DNA of 64,000 bases from Escherichia phage vB_Eco_BCPEco_001. Of the stretch, positions 34,765 through 44,093 are shown piece by piece. The DNA lies in the sequence record PV295200.1. One strand, written 5' to 3'. The position numbers and the translations under genes were made by a program. The first letter of the stretch is position 1. Each line of letters starts with the position of its first letter. The notes beneath the pieces were generated by a model. The model had not been told where the DNA came from. It worked only from the letters and a program-made list of their open reading frames with translations, and did not search any database.

Positions 34765-34967
34765 GCCAAACTAGTATTCTTAAAAATGCCCACTGCGAAA
34801 AGTGTGAATGGCCAGTTGTTTTTGCTTTATGTAATGATGAAATGGCTTGTGATTTCGATTATTGGTGCTATTGTTCTAATAAAGGATGCATCAATCATAA
34901 AGGTGAAGGATTTTATTCAGGATTTTATCCTTATCCTGATTTCGTTAAAGAAGGTAAACCGAAATGA
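34761..34967 (+). CDS. cysteine-rich small protein (possible zinc binding)
   Basis: 68 aa from ATG at 34761 (ATGA overlap); nine Cys including CEKCEW and CYCSNKGC. Confidence 0.4.
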   Translation: MSQTSILKNAHCEKCEWPVVFALCNDEMACDFDYWCYCSNKGCINHKGEGFYSGFYPYPDFVKEGKPK

Positions 34968-35133
34968 ATAGTTTTGAGTTACAATATGAAGTGTTACGTG
35001 AGCTTGATAATTTAATTGAACTCGCTGTCAATAAAGGTTTTGCCATTGGAATCGGTCAAAAAGATACTGGTCATTTAACTATGGAAATATTTAAGCAAAA
35101 GCGAATTATTTTAAAACTCCTGGAAATTAATAT

Positions 35134-35319
35134 ATGAGTCTGAGTAAAGAACAAAAAGATAAATTGTTTGAGCTTATCCATGAACTTCTAGATGAGCATA
35201 CAGAAGCAAACACCTTTTATGATGAATACGGCCCGCTATCTCCCGAACAGCAAGAAGAATTTGCTGATCGGTTTGATAAGAAAGAAAACGAATTAATAGC
35301 TTATGTGAATATGCTTTAA
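35134..35319 (+). CDS. hypothetical acidic protein
   Basis: 61 aa ORF immediately upstream of tk. Confidence 0.4.
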   Translation: MSLSKEQKDKLFELIHELLDEHTEANTFYDEYGPLSPEQQEEFADRFDKKENELIAYVNML

Positions 35320-35328
35320 GAAGGTGAT

Positions 35329-35910
35329 ATGGCGAGTTTAATTTTTACTTACGCAGCAATGAATGCTGGAAAATCTGCTTCTCTTTTGACTGCTGCACAT
35401 AATTATAAAGAACGCGGAATGGGTGTATTAGTTCTTAAGCCTGCTATTGATACTCGCGATTCTGTCTGTGAAGTCGTTTCTCGCATTGGAATTAAGCAGG
35501 AAGCGAATATTATTACGGATGATATGGATATTTTTGAGTTCTATAAATGGGCTGAAGCACAAAAAGATATTCATTGTGTATTTGTAGATGAAGCCCAGTT
35601 TTTAAAAACTAAACAGGTGCATCAATTAAGCCGAATTGTTGATACATATAATGTTCCTGTTATGGCTTATGGACTAAGGACTGATTTCGCTGGAAAATTA
35701 TTTGAAGGTTCTAAAGAACTTTTGGCGATTGCAGATAAACTTATTGAACTAAAGGCAGTTTGTCATTGTGGTAAAAAGGCTATTATGACAGCTCGATTAA
35801 TGGAAGATGGAACACCGGTTAAAGAAGGTAATCAAATCTGTATTGGTGATGAAATTTATGTTTCTTTGTGTAGAAAACATTGGAATGAATTAACTAAAAA
35901 GCTCGGTTAG
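35329..35910 (+). CDS. tk: thymidine kinase
   Basis: 193 aa; P-loop MNAGKSASLL, Walker B VFVDEAQF, C-terminal zinc motif CHCGKKA...C. Confidence 0.9.
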   Translation: MASLIFTYAAMNAGKSASLLTAAHNYKERGMGVLVLKPAIDTRDSVCEVVSRIGIKQEANIITDDMDIFEFYKWAEAQKDIHCVFVDEAQFLKTKQVHQLSRIVDTYNVPVMAYGLRTDFAGKLFEGSKELLAIADKLIELKAVCHCGKKAIMTARLMEDGTPVKEGNQICIGDEIYVSLCRKHWNELTKKLG

Positions 35911-35952
35911 TGCAAAAGTTATAAATAGGTTTATCTAACTAAAGGGGTATAT

Positions 35953-36165
35953 ATGCTACAATTAACTGAAAAGCAACTTCGCAATCTTACTGTGCTTCAA
36001 TTAGATGAAATTCGTAGGGAAGTTGGAAATATCATTTCAGCTTTGCGTCGAGAAGTATCACTCAACCAATCTCCGGCAGACTATACTAGATTGCGAAATT
36101 TTGAAAAATACCTTGATAAAGTTAAGGCCGTGCATCGGCATAAAGTAAATACAGGACAAAAATGA
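35953..36165 (+). CDS. hypothetical protein
   Basis: 70 aa basic helical ORF between tk and rI. Confidence 0.4.
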
Positions 36166-36177
36166 TAGGAGGCCTTT

Positions 36178-36471
36178 ATGGCCTTAAAAGCAACGGCACT
36201 ATTTGCCATGCTAGGATTAGCGTTTGCTTTATCTCCATCGATTGAAGCGAATGTCGATCCTCATTTTGATAAATTTATGGAATCTGGTATTAGACACGTT
36301 TATATGCTTTTTGAAAATAAAAGCGTAGAATCATCTGAACAGTTCTATAGTTTTATGCGAACGACTTATAAAAATGACCCGTGCTCTTCCGATTTTGAAT
36401 GTATAGAGCGAGGCGCGGAGATGGCACAATCATACGCTAGAATTATGAACATTAAATTGGAGACTGAATGA
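36178..36471 (+). CDS. rI: lysis inhibition regulator RI (periplasmic antiholin)
   Basis: 97 aa; MALKATALFAMLGLAFALSPSIEANVDPHFDKFMESGIRHVYMLFENKS... matches T4 RI as recalled, including signal-anchor and conserved Cys. Confidence 0.85.
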   Translation: MALKATALFAMLGLAFALSPSIEANVDPHFDKFMESGIRHVYMLFENKSVESSEQFYSFMRTTYKNDPCSSDFECIERGAEMAQSYARIMNIKLETE

Positions 36472-36854
36472 AATTCAGCGACTTTTCACAAAGTGGAAAA
36501 CCTTCAAAGGCAGATGAATACTTAGGTTTATTAATGGCTGCACAAGCTTATTTTCATTCTGCACATTTTGAAACTAAAAGTTATGCTAGACACAAAGCAT
36601 ACGATTTTATTTTCTCTGAATTGCCAGATTTGATTGATAAATTTGGTGAGCAATATTTAGGGTATTCTGGTAGAAAATACACGCCTTCTATTCCAGACGC
36701 CAGTAAACTTCCTACCGATACAATTAAAATGATTGATCACATACTAGATCAATCTAACAGCATTTATAAAGAAATGCCTCCAGCCATTCAAAGCACGATA
36801 GATGATATCACTGGGATGTTTTACCAGAGTAAATATCTTCTTTCCCTCGAATAA
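36468..36854 (+). CDS. hypothetical protein (rI.1 position)
   Basis: 128 aa ORF with ATGA overlap to rI, followed by a strong terminator. Confidence 0.5.
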   Translation: MKFSDFSQSGKPSKADEYLGLLMAAQAYFHSAHFETKSYARHKAYDFIFSELPDLIDKFGEQYLGYSGRKYTPSIPDASKLPTDTIKMIDHILDQSNSIYKEMPPAIQSTIDDITGMFYQSKYLLSLE

Positions 36855-36858
36855 CATT

Positions 36859-36882
36859 AGTCTCCTTCGGGAGACTTTTTTC
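36859..36882 (+). terminator. rho-independent terminator
   Basis: AGTCTCC-ttcg-GGAGACT followed by TTTTTTCATTTT. Confidence 0.75.
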
Positions 36883-36891
36883 ATTTTACCG

Positions 36892-36921
36892 GTTTACTTT
36901 CCATTTGAGCTGTGATACTAT
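36892..36921 (+). promoter_or_regulatory. early promoter
   Basis: GTTTAC, 18 nt, TG-a-TACTAT. Confidence 0.55.
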
Positions 36922-36949
36922 ACAAATATCGGATAAAGAGGAGAACATC

Positions 36950-37138
36950 ATGAAAATTGAAGCACTTAATCAAGAAGGAAATATCTACGTCATCATTAAT
37001 GGTGATTTTTTCGTCGACATGGATGAAGTTACTAGTGAAGAACTTGTAGAACTTCTTAAGAAACGTTATGATATGTGTGATGAAGCTGCAACTCATATGG
37101 CGTGTGCAATATTCTCTCTTTCATATGTGGTGGAATAA
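36950..37138 (+). CDS. small acidic protein
   Basis: 62 aa from ATG at 36950 with GAGGAGAA RBS. Confidence 0.45.
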   Translation: MKIEALNQEGNIYVIINGDFFVDMDEVTSEELVELLKKRYDMCDEAATHMACAIFSLSYVVE

Positions 37139-37341
37139 TGACTAGAATTGAACAAGCAGATAAAATTAAAGAATTGGTAGCTTTAATTCGCAAAGCAGAT
37201 GAGGAACTTAGTGACTTTGCTTGGTTTTCGGCAGGCATTGCAAATAAAGGTATTGAAAAATTTGAAGCTAAAGTTGATAATGCTGTAGAAGCTTTAGATA
37301 TGTTTCTTGATGAAATTATCGATCATAATACGAGAGTTTAA
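37138..37341 (+). CDS. small helical protein, paralog family (about 60 aa)
   Basis: 67 aa from ATG at 37138; IKELVALIRKADEELSD... Confidence 0.45.
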   Translation: MTRIEQADKIKELVALIRKADEELSDFAWFSAGIANKGIEKFEAKVDNAVEALDMFLDEIIDHNTRV

Positions 37342-37343
37342 GT

Positions 37344-37538
37344 ATGCTAACACGTAAACAGTTTGAAAAAATCATTAAATTAGCACGTGATATTGAAATA
37401 GATTCATACCAATTGGCAGTTGAGCATTGTGAAGGATACTCATACGATGGTATAGAAGCAGCTAAAAAGGATTTGGATAAATCCAAAGCTAAGTTAGTTC
37501 AATATCTTGAAATGATTAGGTGGAATAATGAAAACTGA
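37344..37538 (+). CDS. small helical protein, paralog family
   Basis: 64 aa; KQFEKIIKLARDIEID... Confidence 0.45.
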   Translation: MLTRKQFEKIIKLARDIEIDSYQLAVEHCEGYSYDGIEAAKKDLDKSKAKLVQYLEMIRWNNEN

Positions 37539-37700
37539 AAAGCAGATGTTTTTAATGAAGCTAATTGAAGAATATGCTAATGCAGTTTCTGACTATGAAT
37601 GTTCTTCTCGTGAAAGAGGTACAGCTTTCGCTAAAGAAGAATTGAAAATCATGGTTGATGCTCATACAAAGCTTCAGAATTTTATTGAAAACGTCATTTA
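37527..37700 (+). CDS. small helical protein, paralog family
   Basis: 57 aa ORF not in track (under 60 aa), read from ATG at 37527: MKTEKQMFLMKLIEEYANAVSDYE... Confidence 0.35.
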
Positions 37701-37703
37701 ATG

Positions 37704-37733
37704 GTTTACAAGTTGGCAAGGTTATGGTATAGT
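37704..37733 (+). promoter_or_regulatory. early promoter
   Basis: GTTTAC, 18 nt, TG-g-TATAGT. Confidence 0.5.
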
Positions 37734-37865
37734 AATCTTGTCAACTGTCAAGGAGAAGAGAATGAAAATTTTGTTTGTTGTGTATGTGATGATTCAATAT
37801 AATTACCCAATGTTTACTTATAATCTGGTGAACAACATTATTGATATTATTCAAAGGAGTATGTA

Positions 37866-38051
37866 ATGACAAGTGAGCAGGCTTTTAAATTAAGAGAATT
37901 AATTGAGACGTATAGTAAAGCTGTTCATACATCAACAATTATTGATGAATCAGCTTTCTCCGGACATGCCAACAAGATTAAATACAAAACTCTTATGGAA
38001 GAAGCTAAAGTAAATCTTGATTCTTATATTGAAACTTTAATTGGTGAATAA
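37866..38051 (+). CDS. small helical protein, paralog family
   Basis: 61 aa; MTSEQAFKLRELIETYSKAVHTS... Confidence 0.45.
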   Translation: MTSEQAFKLRELIETYSKAVHTSTIIDESAFSGHANKIKYKTLMEEAKVNLDSYIETLIGE

Positions 38052-38052
38052 C

Positions 38053-38319
38053 ATGGGCTTTCCTAAATTAGAAGTAGGTGATTTGGTCTTAACAAAATTA
38101 TGGAATGATGTTCAATCAGTAGAAATCTGTCAATATCGTGGAGCAACAGGTAATTTGATGTACACGATTTATAATCCAGAAATTTTATTAGAGTGTCATT
38201 TGGAACGCTTTATAAAAGACACCGATAGTATGCCGTATAGTGTATCGATTGTACGTAAATCTGATACAAAGGAATACTCTAAAATTTTAGAACAAATCAG
38301 CGCAAATAAAAAGGATTAA
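38053..38319 (+). CDS. hypothetical protein
   Basis: 88 aa from ATG at 38053 (track start 38041). Confidence 0.4.
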   Translation: MGFPKLEVGDLVLTKLWNDVQSVEICQYRGATGNLMYTIYNPEILLECHLERFIKDTDSMPYSVSIVRKSDTKEYSKILEQISANKKD

Positions 38320-38320
38320 T

Positions 38321-38854
38321 ATGAAACGATTAGTATTAGAAGTTAGTCCACTTTTTGGTGAATTGGCTATAGAAAAAGTAAATAATATGTATCGTTTGAC
38401 GCAAGAAGACGATATGCTGTATTTTACACCTAGTGAAATTATTCATTTAACCCAAATTGAATATCCTTATACTGATAAAATAGTAAGCATCAATGATGAG
38501 CACAAAATTCATTTTTATTCTTCATGCCCAGGATTTAATATTAAAAGTGAGTCAATGTGTTTATCAGTTATCCATTGGGATAGTTTTATAGATAAGATTA
38601 AATATTTTTATTATTCTAATGAAAGAAAACATAGTTTAAAATGGCTCAAAAATTGCAATGCTATTATTACTAACGCTTGCAATCAGAATGATGAAACTGT
38701 TTTAAACGTATCAAAATGCTATGAAGATGGTGATGTCTTAACTATTCGTCAAATTGATGATTTTCGATCGCATATTGTCACATTTACCAAAGACGAAGCT
38801 ATTGCGCTAAAGACTTATCTCGATTCTGTCATTCCAACTATGATTTCAAAGTGA
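38321..38854 (+). CDS. hypothetical protein, paralog of the following gene
   Basis: 177 aa; C-terminus ...FTKDEAIALKTYLDSVIPTMISK. Confidence 0.45.
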   Translation: MKRLVLEVSPLFGELAIEKVNNMYRLTQEDDMLYFTPSEIIHLTQIEYPYTDKIVSINDEHKIHFYSSCPGFNIKSESMCLSVIHWDSFIDKIKYFYYSNERKHSLKWLKNCNAIITNACNQNDETVLNVSKCYEDGDVLTIRQIDDFRSHIVTFTKDEAIALKTYLDSVIPTMISK

Positions 38855-38860
38855 GGAAAT

Positions 38861-39382
38861 ATGTTTATTTCAAGTGGAAGTGGTTTAATTCGTGTTGAAT
38901 TTAAAAATGACATCTTCCTTATTCAAGGAGATGATATTATTAAAATGAGTTATGATGAAATTAAGAAAATTTGTAATGCTCTTGAAAGTCATGGAAAAGT
39001 GAACGCTGTTATTGATATTGGTGATTTATGGGTGACACTTTATGAAGTATCCGAAGGATTTAATATTGAAGATGAAAACAACATCTTAGCTATTGATAAA
39101 AGAAGCGATTTGTTTGATGTGTTAAAAGTTTATGAACAGTCAAACGGTGGAAGAAAAGCTGTATTGATTTATCAAAAACCACATTCATGTGGAACTGCTT
39201 CAATCATTTCAGATATTGAAGATGAAACTGATACTTATATGTGTGTTTTAAAAGCTGGTGGTGACCGTCATCCGGATTTTATTTCTATTCGTCAAAACAA
39301 TGGAGAAATTTCATTGTCAAAATCAGAAGCTGAAGCTATGATTAAGTATTTAACAACCGTTACGCCTTCAATGAAAGGATAA
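38861..39382 (+). CDS. hypothetical protein, paralog of the preceding gene
   Basis: 173 aa; C-terminus ...SLSKSEAEAMIKYLTTVTPSMKG. Confidence 0.45.
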   Translation: MFISSGSGLIRVEFKNDIFLIQGDDIIKMSYDEIKKICNALESHGKVNAVIDIGDLWVTLYEVSEGFNIEDENNILAIDKRSDLFDVLKVYEQSNGGRKAVLIYQKPHSCGTASIISDIEDETDTYMCVLKAGGDRHPDFISIRQNNGEISLSKSEAEAMIKYLTTVTPSMKG

Positions 39383-39384
39383 TT

Positions 39385-39846
39385 ATGATTATTAATGAAA
39401 ACTCTTGGCACTATAAATTATTCAAATTGTTTAACGATGAATGGCAACGACCTAAGACACTATGCGCATATTTTTGGTCTATTGTTATCCCTACATTTTT
39501 CGTTTCTATTTTTGGGTGTGCTATACTCGTAGGGCTAACAATTATTTGTGCAGAAAGCTTACAACGATGGCTTATTTTCGGTAGTTTATGGACTTTGCTT
39601 CCATCAGCATTTATACTTGCCATTTTGCTTGTTTTACTTATTATTGGTTCATTTGTTATTCCTGTACATTTGCGTGAAAAATATAAAGATTATAAATGGA
39701 AAAAGGATTATGCTTTACACGTAGAAAACATTGATAGGAAAAATAAAGGTTTACCTCCTATTCAACCCAAGAAATCGATTATCGTTGAATTTTTAAAAGC
39801 TCGTAAAGCTAAAGTATGTCCTGTTATTGAATATAAGGCTGAATGA
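39385..39846 (+). CDS. membrane protein
   Basis: 153 aa; two to three hydrophobic helices, Lys-rich C-terminal tail. Confidence 0.45.
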   Translation: MIINENSWHYKLFKLFNDEWQRPKTLCAYFWSIVIPTFFVSIFGCAILVGLTIICAESLQRWLIFGSLWTLLPSAFILAILLVLLIIGSFVIPVHLREKYKDYKWKKDYALHVENIDRKNKGLPPIQPKKSIIVEFLKARKAKVCPVIEYKAE

Positions 39847-40856
39847 TGAAAACAGTAATGAAAAGCTATTTTGGTAGCCATCTTTATGGAACTTCTACCC
39901 CAGAATCTGATGTAGATTTTAAAGAAATCTTTGTTCCTCCTGCTCGCGATATTCTTATCGGAAATGTCAAAGAGCATATGAGTAAAAACACTAACAATAC
40001 ATCATCTAAAAACACTAAAGATGATATTGACCATGAACTATACAGTCTTAAATATTTCTTTAAATTAGCAGCAGATGGTGAAACTGTAGCATTAGATATG
40101 CTTCACACTCCACCTGAACTAGTGGTTAAATCTGATTTGCCTGATGTGTGGAAGTTTATTCAAGACAACCGTTCTCGTTTTTATACGACTAACATGAAAT
40201 CATATTTAGGATATGTCCGCAAGCAAGCTTCTAAATACGGTGTCAAGGGTTCTCGTTTGGCCGCATTACGTGATGTATTGAAAGTAGTTAATCAAATCCC
40301 TGAGCAATGGGTTGATTACCAAGAAGACGGTTCCATTAAGCAGCGTCGAACTAAAGTTGAAGATATTAAGCATCGTCTTCCAGAGAACGAATTCTGTGAA
40401 TGGGTATTCCATAATCATGAGAAAACAGGCCCACAAACGTTCTACACTGTGTTGGGTCGTAAATATCAAACAACACTTTCTCTTATTGAGCTTAAGCAAT
40501 CTTTGAATAAACTTGATGCTGAATACGGCGAACGTGCTCGTAAGGCTGAAGCGAATGAGGGCATTGACTGGAAAGCTCTGAGTCATGCTTGCCGTGGTGG
40601 ACTCCAACTATTGGAAATTTACAAAACTGGCGACTTGGTTTACCCACTTCAAGACGCTCCATTTATTCTCGACGTGAAGTTGGGTAAACATCCATTTAAA
40701 ACCGTTCAAGAGTTTTTGGAAGATGTGGTCGATCAAGTAGAAGCAGCATCTACTGAAGCTTCTAAGAACGGTATGCAGCAAAAAGTAGACATGGGTTTCT
40801 GGGATGACTTCCTTGAGAAGGTCTATCTTGAAAACCACCGAAGTTATTATAAATGA
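39843..40856 (+). CDS. Pol-beta superfamily nucleotidyltransferase-like protein
   Basis: 337 aa; N-terminal GSHLYGTSTPESDVDF fits the G[SG]-x9-13-D-x-[DE] nucleotidyltransferase signature; possible third acidic residue in GETVALDMLH. Confidence 0.5.
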   Translation: MMKTVMKSYFGSHLYGTSTPESDVDFKEIFVPPARDILIGNVKEHMSKNTNNTSSKNTKDDIDHELYSLKYFFKLAADGETVALDMLHTPPELVVKSDLPDVWKFIQDNRSRFYTTNMKSYLGYVRKQASKYGVKGSRLAALRDVLKVVNQIPEQWVDYQEDGSIKQRRTKVEDIKHRLPENEFCEWVFHNHEKTGPQTFYTVLGRKYQTTLSLIELKQSLNKLDAEYGERARKAEANEGIDWKALSHACRGGLQLLEIYKTGDLVYPLQDAPFILDVKLGKHPFKTVQEFLEDVVDQVEAASTEASKNGMQQKVDMGFWDDFLEKVYLENHRSYYK

Positions 40857-40858
40857 TA

Positions 40859-40884
40859 GGGAGCCTTCGGGCTCCCTTTTTTTA
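40859..40884 (+). terminator. rho-independent terminator
   Basis: GGGAGCC-ttcg-GGCTCCC followed by TTTTTTTATTT. Confidence 0.75.
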
Positions 40885-40907
40885 TTTCAAAAATTTTTCA
40901 CAAAACG

Positions 40908-40937
40908 GTTTACAAGCATAAAGCTTTATGGTACTAT
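40908..40937 (+). promoter_or_regulatory. early promoter (repeat family B, copy 2)
   Basis: TTTTTCACAAAACG-GTTTAC, 18 nt, TG-g-TACTAT then ACAACTATCAACT shared with copies 1 and 3. Confidence 0.6.
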
Positions 40938-40971
40938 ACAACTATCAACTGATACGGATTTGGAGAATAAA

Positions 40972-41940
40972 ATGAAAACTGTAACTATCAATAAGGGTAT
41001 CTACTTTGGTAAAGAAATCTCTGGAACTTTTGAGCTCTTAGGCGAATGGTTCCCAGATAATGCTCCGGTGGATGCACAAGGAGATGGTAAAGTTTTTGTT
41101 GAAATTGACGGTAAGCGTCGCGGTGTTTGGGTTTACAAATCAGACATTTCATATGATGGTGTAAAAGTTGAAGAAGTTAAAGAATCATATGAAGATATGA
41201 AAACCCGCATTAATAAAAGATTTAATGTTATGGGAATGATGACGAATGGTATTATTAACGGAAACATTCGTTCATTAATTATCTCTGGTGCGGCGGGTAT
41301 TGGTAAAACGTATTCTTTAGATAAAGCTTTAAATAAAGCAAATGATATTGGATACATTGAGTATAAAAGCATTAATGGTAAAATCTCAGGTATCGGTCTT
41401 TATGAGCAGCTCTGGAATAATCGTGAAGAGAATTCTGTCCTTTTGATTGATGATGTGGATGTTTTCTCTGATATGGACATTCTTAATCTTCTGAAAGCTG
41501 CTCTGGACACTGGAGAGACCCGTAAAGTCTGCTGGAGCACTGCATCTTCTTACTTAGAAGAAAAAGGCATTGACCGTGAGTTTGAATTTAAAGGAACAAT
41601 TGTTTTTATCACAAACGTTGATATTGACCGCGAATTAGACCGTGGTACTAAACTTGCTCCACATTTACAAGCATTAGTGTCCCGCTCAGTTTATTTAGAT
41701 TTGGGTGTTCACACTAATGAAGAAATTATGGTCAGGGTTGAAGATGTTATTCTTTCAACCGACATGATGCAAAAGCGCGGTCTTTCTGATGAAGAAACTT
41801 ATAAAGCATTATCATGGATGAAAGTCAATGTTAACCGTTTACGTAATGTTTCACTGCGTACTGCACTTTATCTTGCTGACTTTATTATGACCGACAAAAA
41901 CGGTTGGGAAGAAATCGCTGAAACGGTATTGTTAAAATGA
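40972..41940 (+). CDS. P-loop NTPase (AAA-like ATPase)
   Basis: 322 aa from ATG at 40972; Walker A ISGAAGIGKTYS, Walker B VLLIDDVD. Confidence 0.5.
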   Translation: MKTVTINKGIYFGKEISGTFELLGEWFPDNAPVDAQGDGKVFVEIDGKRRGVWVYKSDISYDGVKVEEVKESYEDMKTRINKRFNVMGMMTNGIINGNIRSLIISGAAGIGKTYSLDKALNKANDIGYIEYKSINGKISGIGLYEQLWNNREENSVLLIDDVDVFSDMDILNLLKAALDTGETRKVCWSTASSYLEEKGIDREFEFKGTIVFITNVDIDRELDRGTKLAPHLQALVSRSVYLDLGVHTNEEIMVRVEDVILSTDMMQKRGLSDEETYKALSWMKVNVNRLRNVSLRTALYLADFIMTDKNGWEEIAETVLLK

Positions 41941-42656
41941 AAAAATATTTTACTATCTATAAAACTGAAATATTAAATTTAAAGACTGGCGTTAAGAAAT
42001 ATTATTATGGTCGACATATAACTAATAATATCAATGATTCGTATGTTGGTAGTGGAAATTATATAGAACGTGTAAAAGTGTCAAATGACCACATATTATC
42101 AAAAACGGTTTTAGAAGTTTTTGATAATTATGATAAAATGGTACAAGCTGAAATATTATATATCATGGCAGGTAAATTGAAATATGGAAAAAACTGTGTT
42201 AACCTGTCATACGGGGGTGAAGGAGGAAAGGTTGCAGATGAAACTAGAATAAAATGCAAAAAGCATTCTATAAATTTATGGAAAAATCCTAATCATATAC
42301 AGCATATGAAGAAAAAGATGAAAGAGGTCACATCCACGCCGGAAGCTAAATTAAACACTTCAATAAAAACTTCGCAACGATATAAGGACCCGGTTTTTGT
42401 TAGAAAAGTTAGTAATATTATTAAAAAGAAACTAAGCAATCCTGCAGTAAAAGAAAAGCATATTAATGGAATTAAAGCTGCAAAGCGTTCTCATTTAACT
42501 ATATGGCAGTATGAAGATGAATTATTCGAGCTTTGGAAAGAAACTAAATGTGGATGGAGAAAATTTACAAAGGAAGCTATAAAACACGGATATCCAAATG
42601 AACCGTATCGTAGTATGGTATCAACTTTTCAGAAAAGACATTTAGAAGAATCCTAA
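41937..42656 (+). CDS. Seg-like GIY-YIG-type homing endonuclease (diverged)
   Basis: 239 aa; N-terminal FTIYKTEILNLKTGVKKYYYGRHITNN...YVGSG aligns with SegB and the 15571 ORF; Lys-rich C-terminal tail. Confidence 0.5.
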   Translation: MKKYFTIYKTEILNLKTGVKKYYYGRHITNNINDSYVGSGNYIERVKVSNDHILSKTVLEVFDNYDKMVQAEILYIMAGKLKYGKNCVNLSYGGEGGKVADETRIKCKKHSINLWKNPNHIQHMKKKMKEVTSTPEAKLNTSIKTSQRYKDPVFVRKVSNIIKKKLSNPAVKEKHINGIKAAKRSHLTIWQYEDELFELWKETKCGWRKFTKEAIKHGYPNEPYRSMVSTFQKRHLEES

Positions 42657-42738
42657 GACAAAAAGGCAGTTCAGAAATAGATTATATGGACTGCCATCAA
42701 AAAGATGACTAGAATTAAACTGGTAAATGGAGGTAGTG

Positions 42739-43041
42739 ATGTTATACTCAAAGGCTCGTGAAATTTACGAAACTAAAATTAAAGAAGCTGTACTTCAATT
42801 CGCAACAACGATGCGATGGACAAATGATTGGGAATATTCAAAAAATCATAAGAAGCCCCTGGTGACAAGAAAGGCTCATATGTTAGTGTTAATAGACCGT
42901 GAGCAGATTAAAGCCCGAGAAGCCCTCCAGAATCATAAAAAGGCTGCCTTTGAATGGTTTATGGATAACACTGCTCCTGAGACTAAGAAAGCAGTGAGCG
43001 CGTGGTTCAGTGGAAAAAATTGTGAAAGAAGTTTCTTTTAG
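42739..43041 (+). CDS. hypothetical protein
   Basis: 100 aa from ATG at 42739 with GGAGG RBS. Confidence 0.45.
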   Translation: MLYSKAREIYETKIKEAVLQFATTMRWTNDWEYSKNHKKPLVTRKAHMLVLIDREQIKAREALQNHKKAAFEWFMDNTAPETKKAVSAWFSGKNCERSFF

Positions 43042-43043
43042 TG

Positions 43044-43073
43044 GTTTACAAGACTGTTCCTCTGTGGTACTAT
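43044..43073 (+). promoter_or_regulatory. early promoter (repeat family B, copy 3)
   Basis: GTTTACAAGACTGTTCCTCTGTGGTACTATACAACTATCAACTAC, nearly identical to copy 1. Confidence 0.6.
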
Positions 43074-43101
43074 ACAACTATCAACTACGGAGGAATACAA
43101 A

Positions 43102-43629
43102 ATGAACGCTAAAGATATTTTCAACCTGGTAAATTACAACGATGGTAAATTTAAATCAGAAGCACAAAGCAAGTTCTTTAATGACATCTCAATTGGAGGT
43201 GAAATCACGGTTGATGGAGGACAAATTTACAAATCCCGTTGGAATTGGATCGTTATTATTGATGAGATTGGTATTGTAGAAATTTACAAGAATACGAATA
43301 AAAATCGTACATTACACTGGTCTCGTGATACTAACGAACAGTACAAAAAGGATAAAGCATCTAAATTATCTCGTGTAACTCAAGAAGATATTGAGTTCAT
43401 CAAGAAAGATATTTTGATGTATGATAACTTAATTGCTGAAGAGCAAGCTGTTATTGATAAATTTGATGAGATTAAAGCTTCTCGTGAAATTCCTGATTTT
43501 ATGAAAGAATCAGTAAATGAACGATACACTCTCATTTCAGAGCGTATTGAAACTTACAAAAAGCAAAGAGCTGAACGCCAGAATACTCTTCGGAAATTTG
43601 AAGAACGGTTAAAGACGGTACTCGCATAA
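43102..43629 (+). CDS. hypothetical protein with C-terminal coiled coil
   Basis: 175 aa. Confidence 0.5.
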   Translation: MNAKDIFNLVNYNDGKFKSEAQSKFFNDISIGGEITVDGGQIYKSRWNWIVIIDEIGIVEIYKNTNKNRTLHWSRDTNEQYKKDKASKLSRVTQEDIEFIKKDILMYDNLIAEEQAVIDKFDEIKASREIPDFMKESVNERYTLISERIETYKKQRAERQNTLRKFEERLKTVLA

Positions 43630-43684
43630 CCGCTTTATACCAAGGATGGTATAATGGTTCTAAGCCCTTTTAATTGAGATTATT

Positions 43685-44086
43685 ATGAAACAGTTGATAA
43701 TTAAAAGATTGAATTTATTGATATGTTGTTTATGTATAGTAATTGCATATGGTTATTACGCAATTAATGATTATATGCATTATAAAGATTATGATGTTAC
43801 TGTAGTTAATACCCTTACAGGAACTCAAGGAAAGGGGTCTAGTTTATCGTTTATTGCCGTATATGAACTCAAAGACGGTTATAGATTTAGCGAATATATT
43901 TCCCCAGAGATGTATTCATCAATAGAAAAAGGCGATAATATTACTGTAAGTTTACGTCCTTTCGACGTAAAACAGACATGGTTTGATAATATTGTTTGGT
44001 TCTTTGGAATGGCATTAGTTCAATCTATATGTGGTACTTATATAGTTTGTTCAATCTTATTCCGCGTAATTGGTAAAATTGAGTGA
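43685..44086 (+). CDS. membrane protein
   Basis: 133 aa; N-terminal signal-anchor LLICCLCIVIAYGYYAI and C-terminal hydrophobic helix. Confidence 0.45.
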   Translation: MKQLIIKRLNLLICCLCIVIAYGYYAINDYMHYKDYDVTVVNTLTGTQGKGSSLSFIAVYELKDGYRFSEYISPEMYSSIEKGDNITVSLRPFDVKQTWFDNIVWFFGMALVQSICGTYIVCSILFRVIGKIE

Positions 44087-44093
44087 GGAAAAT

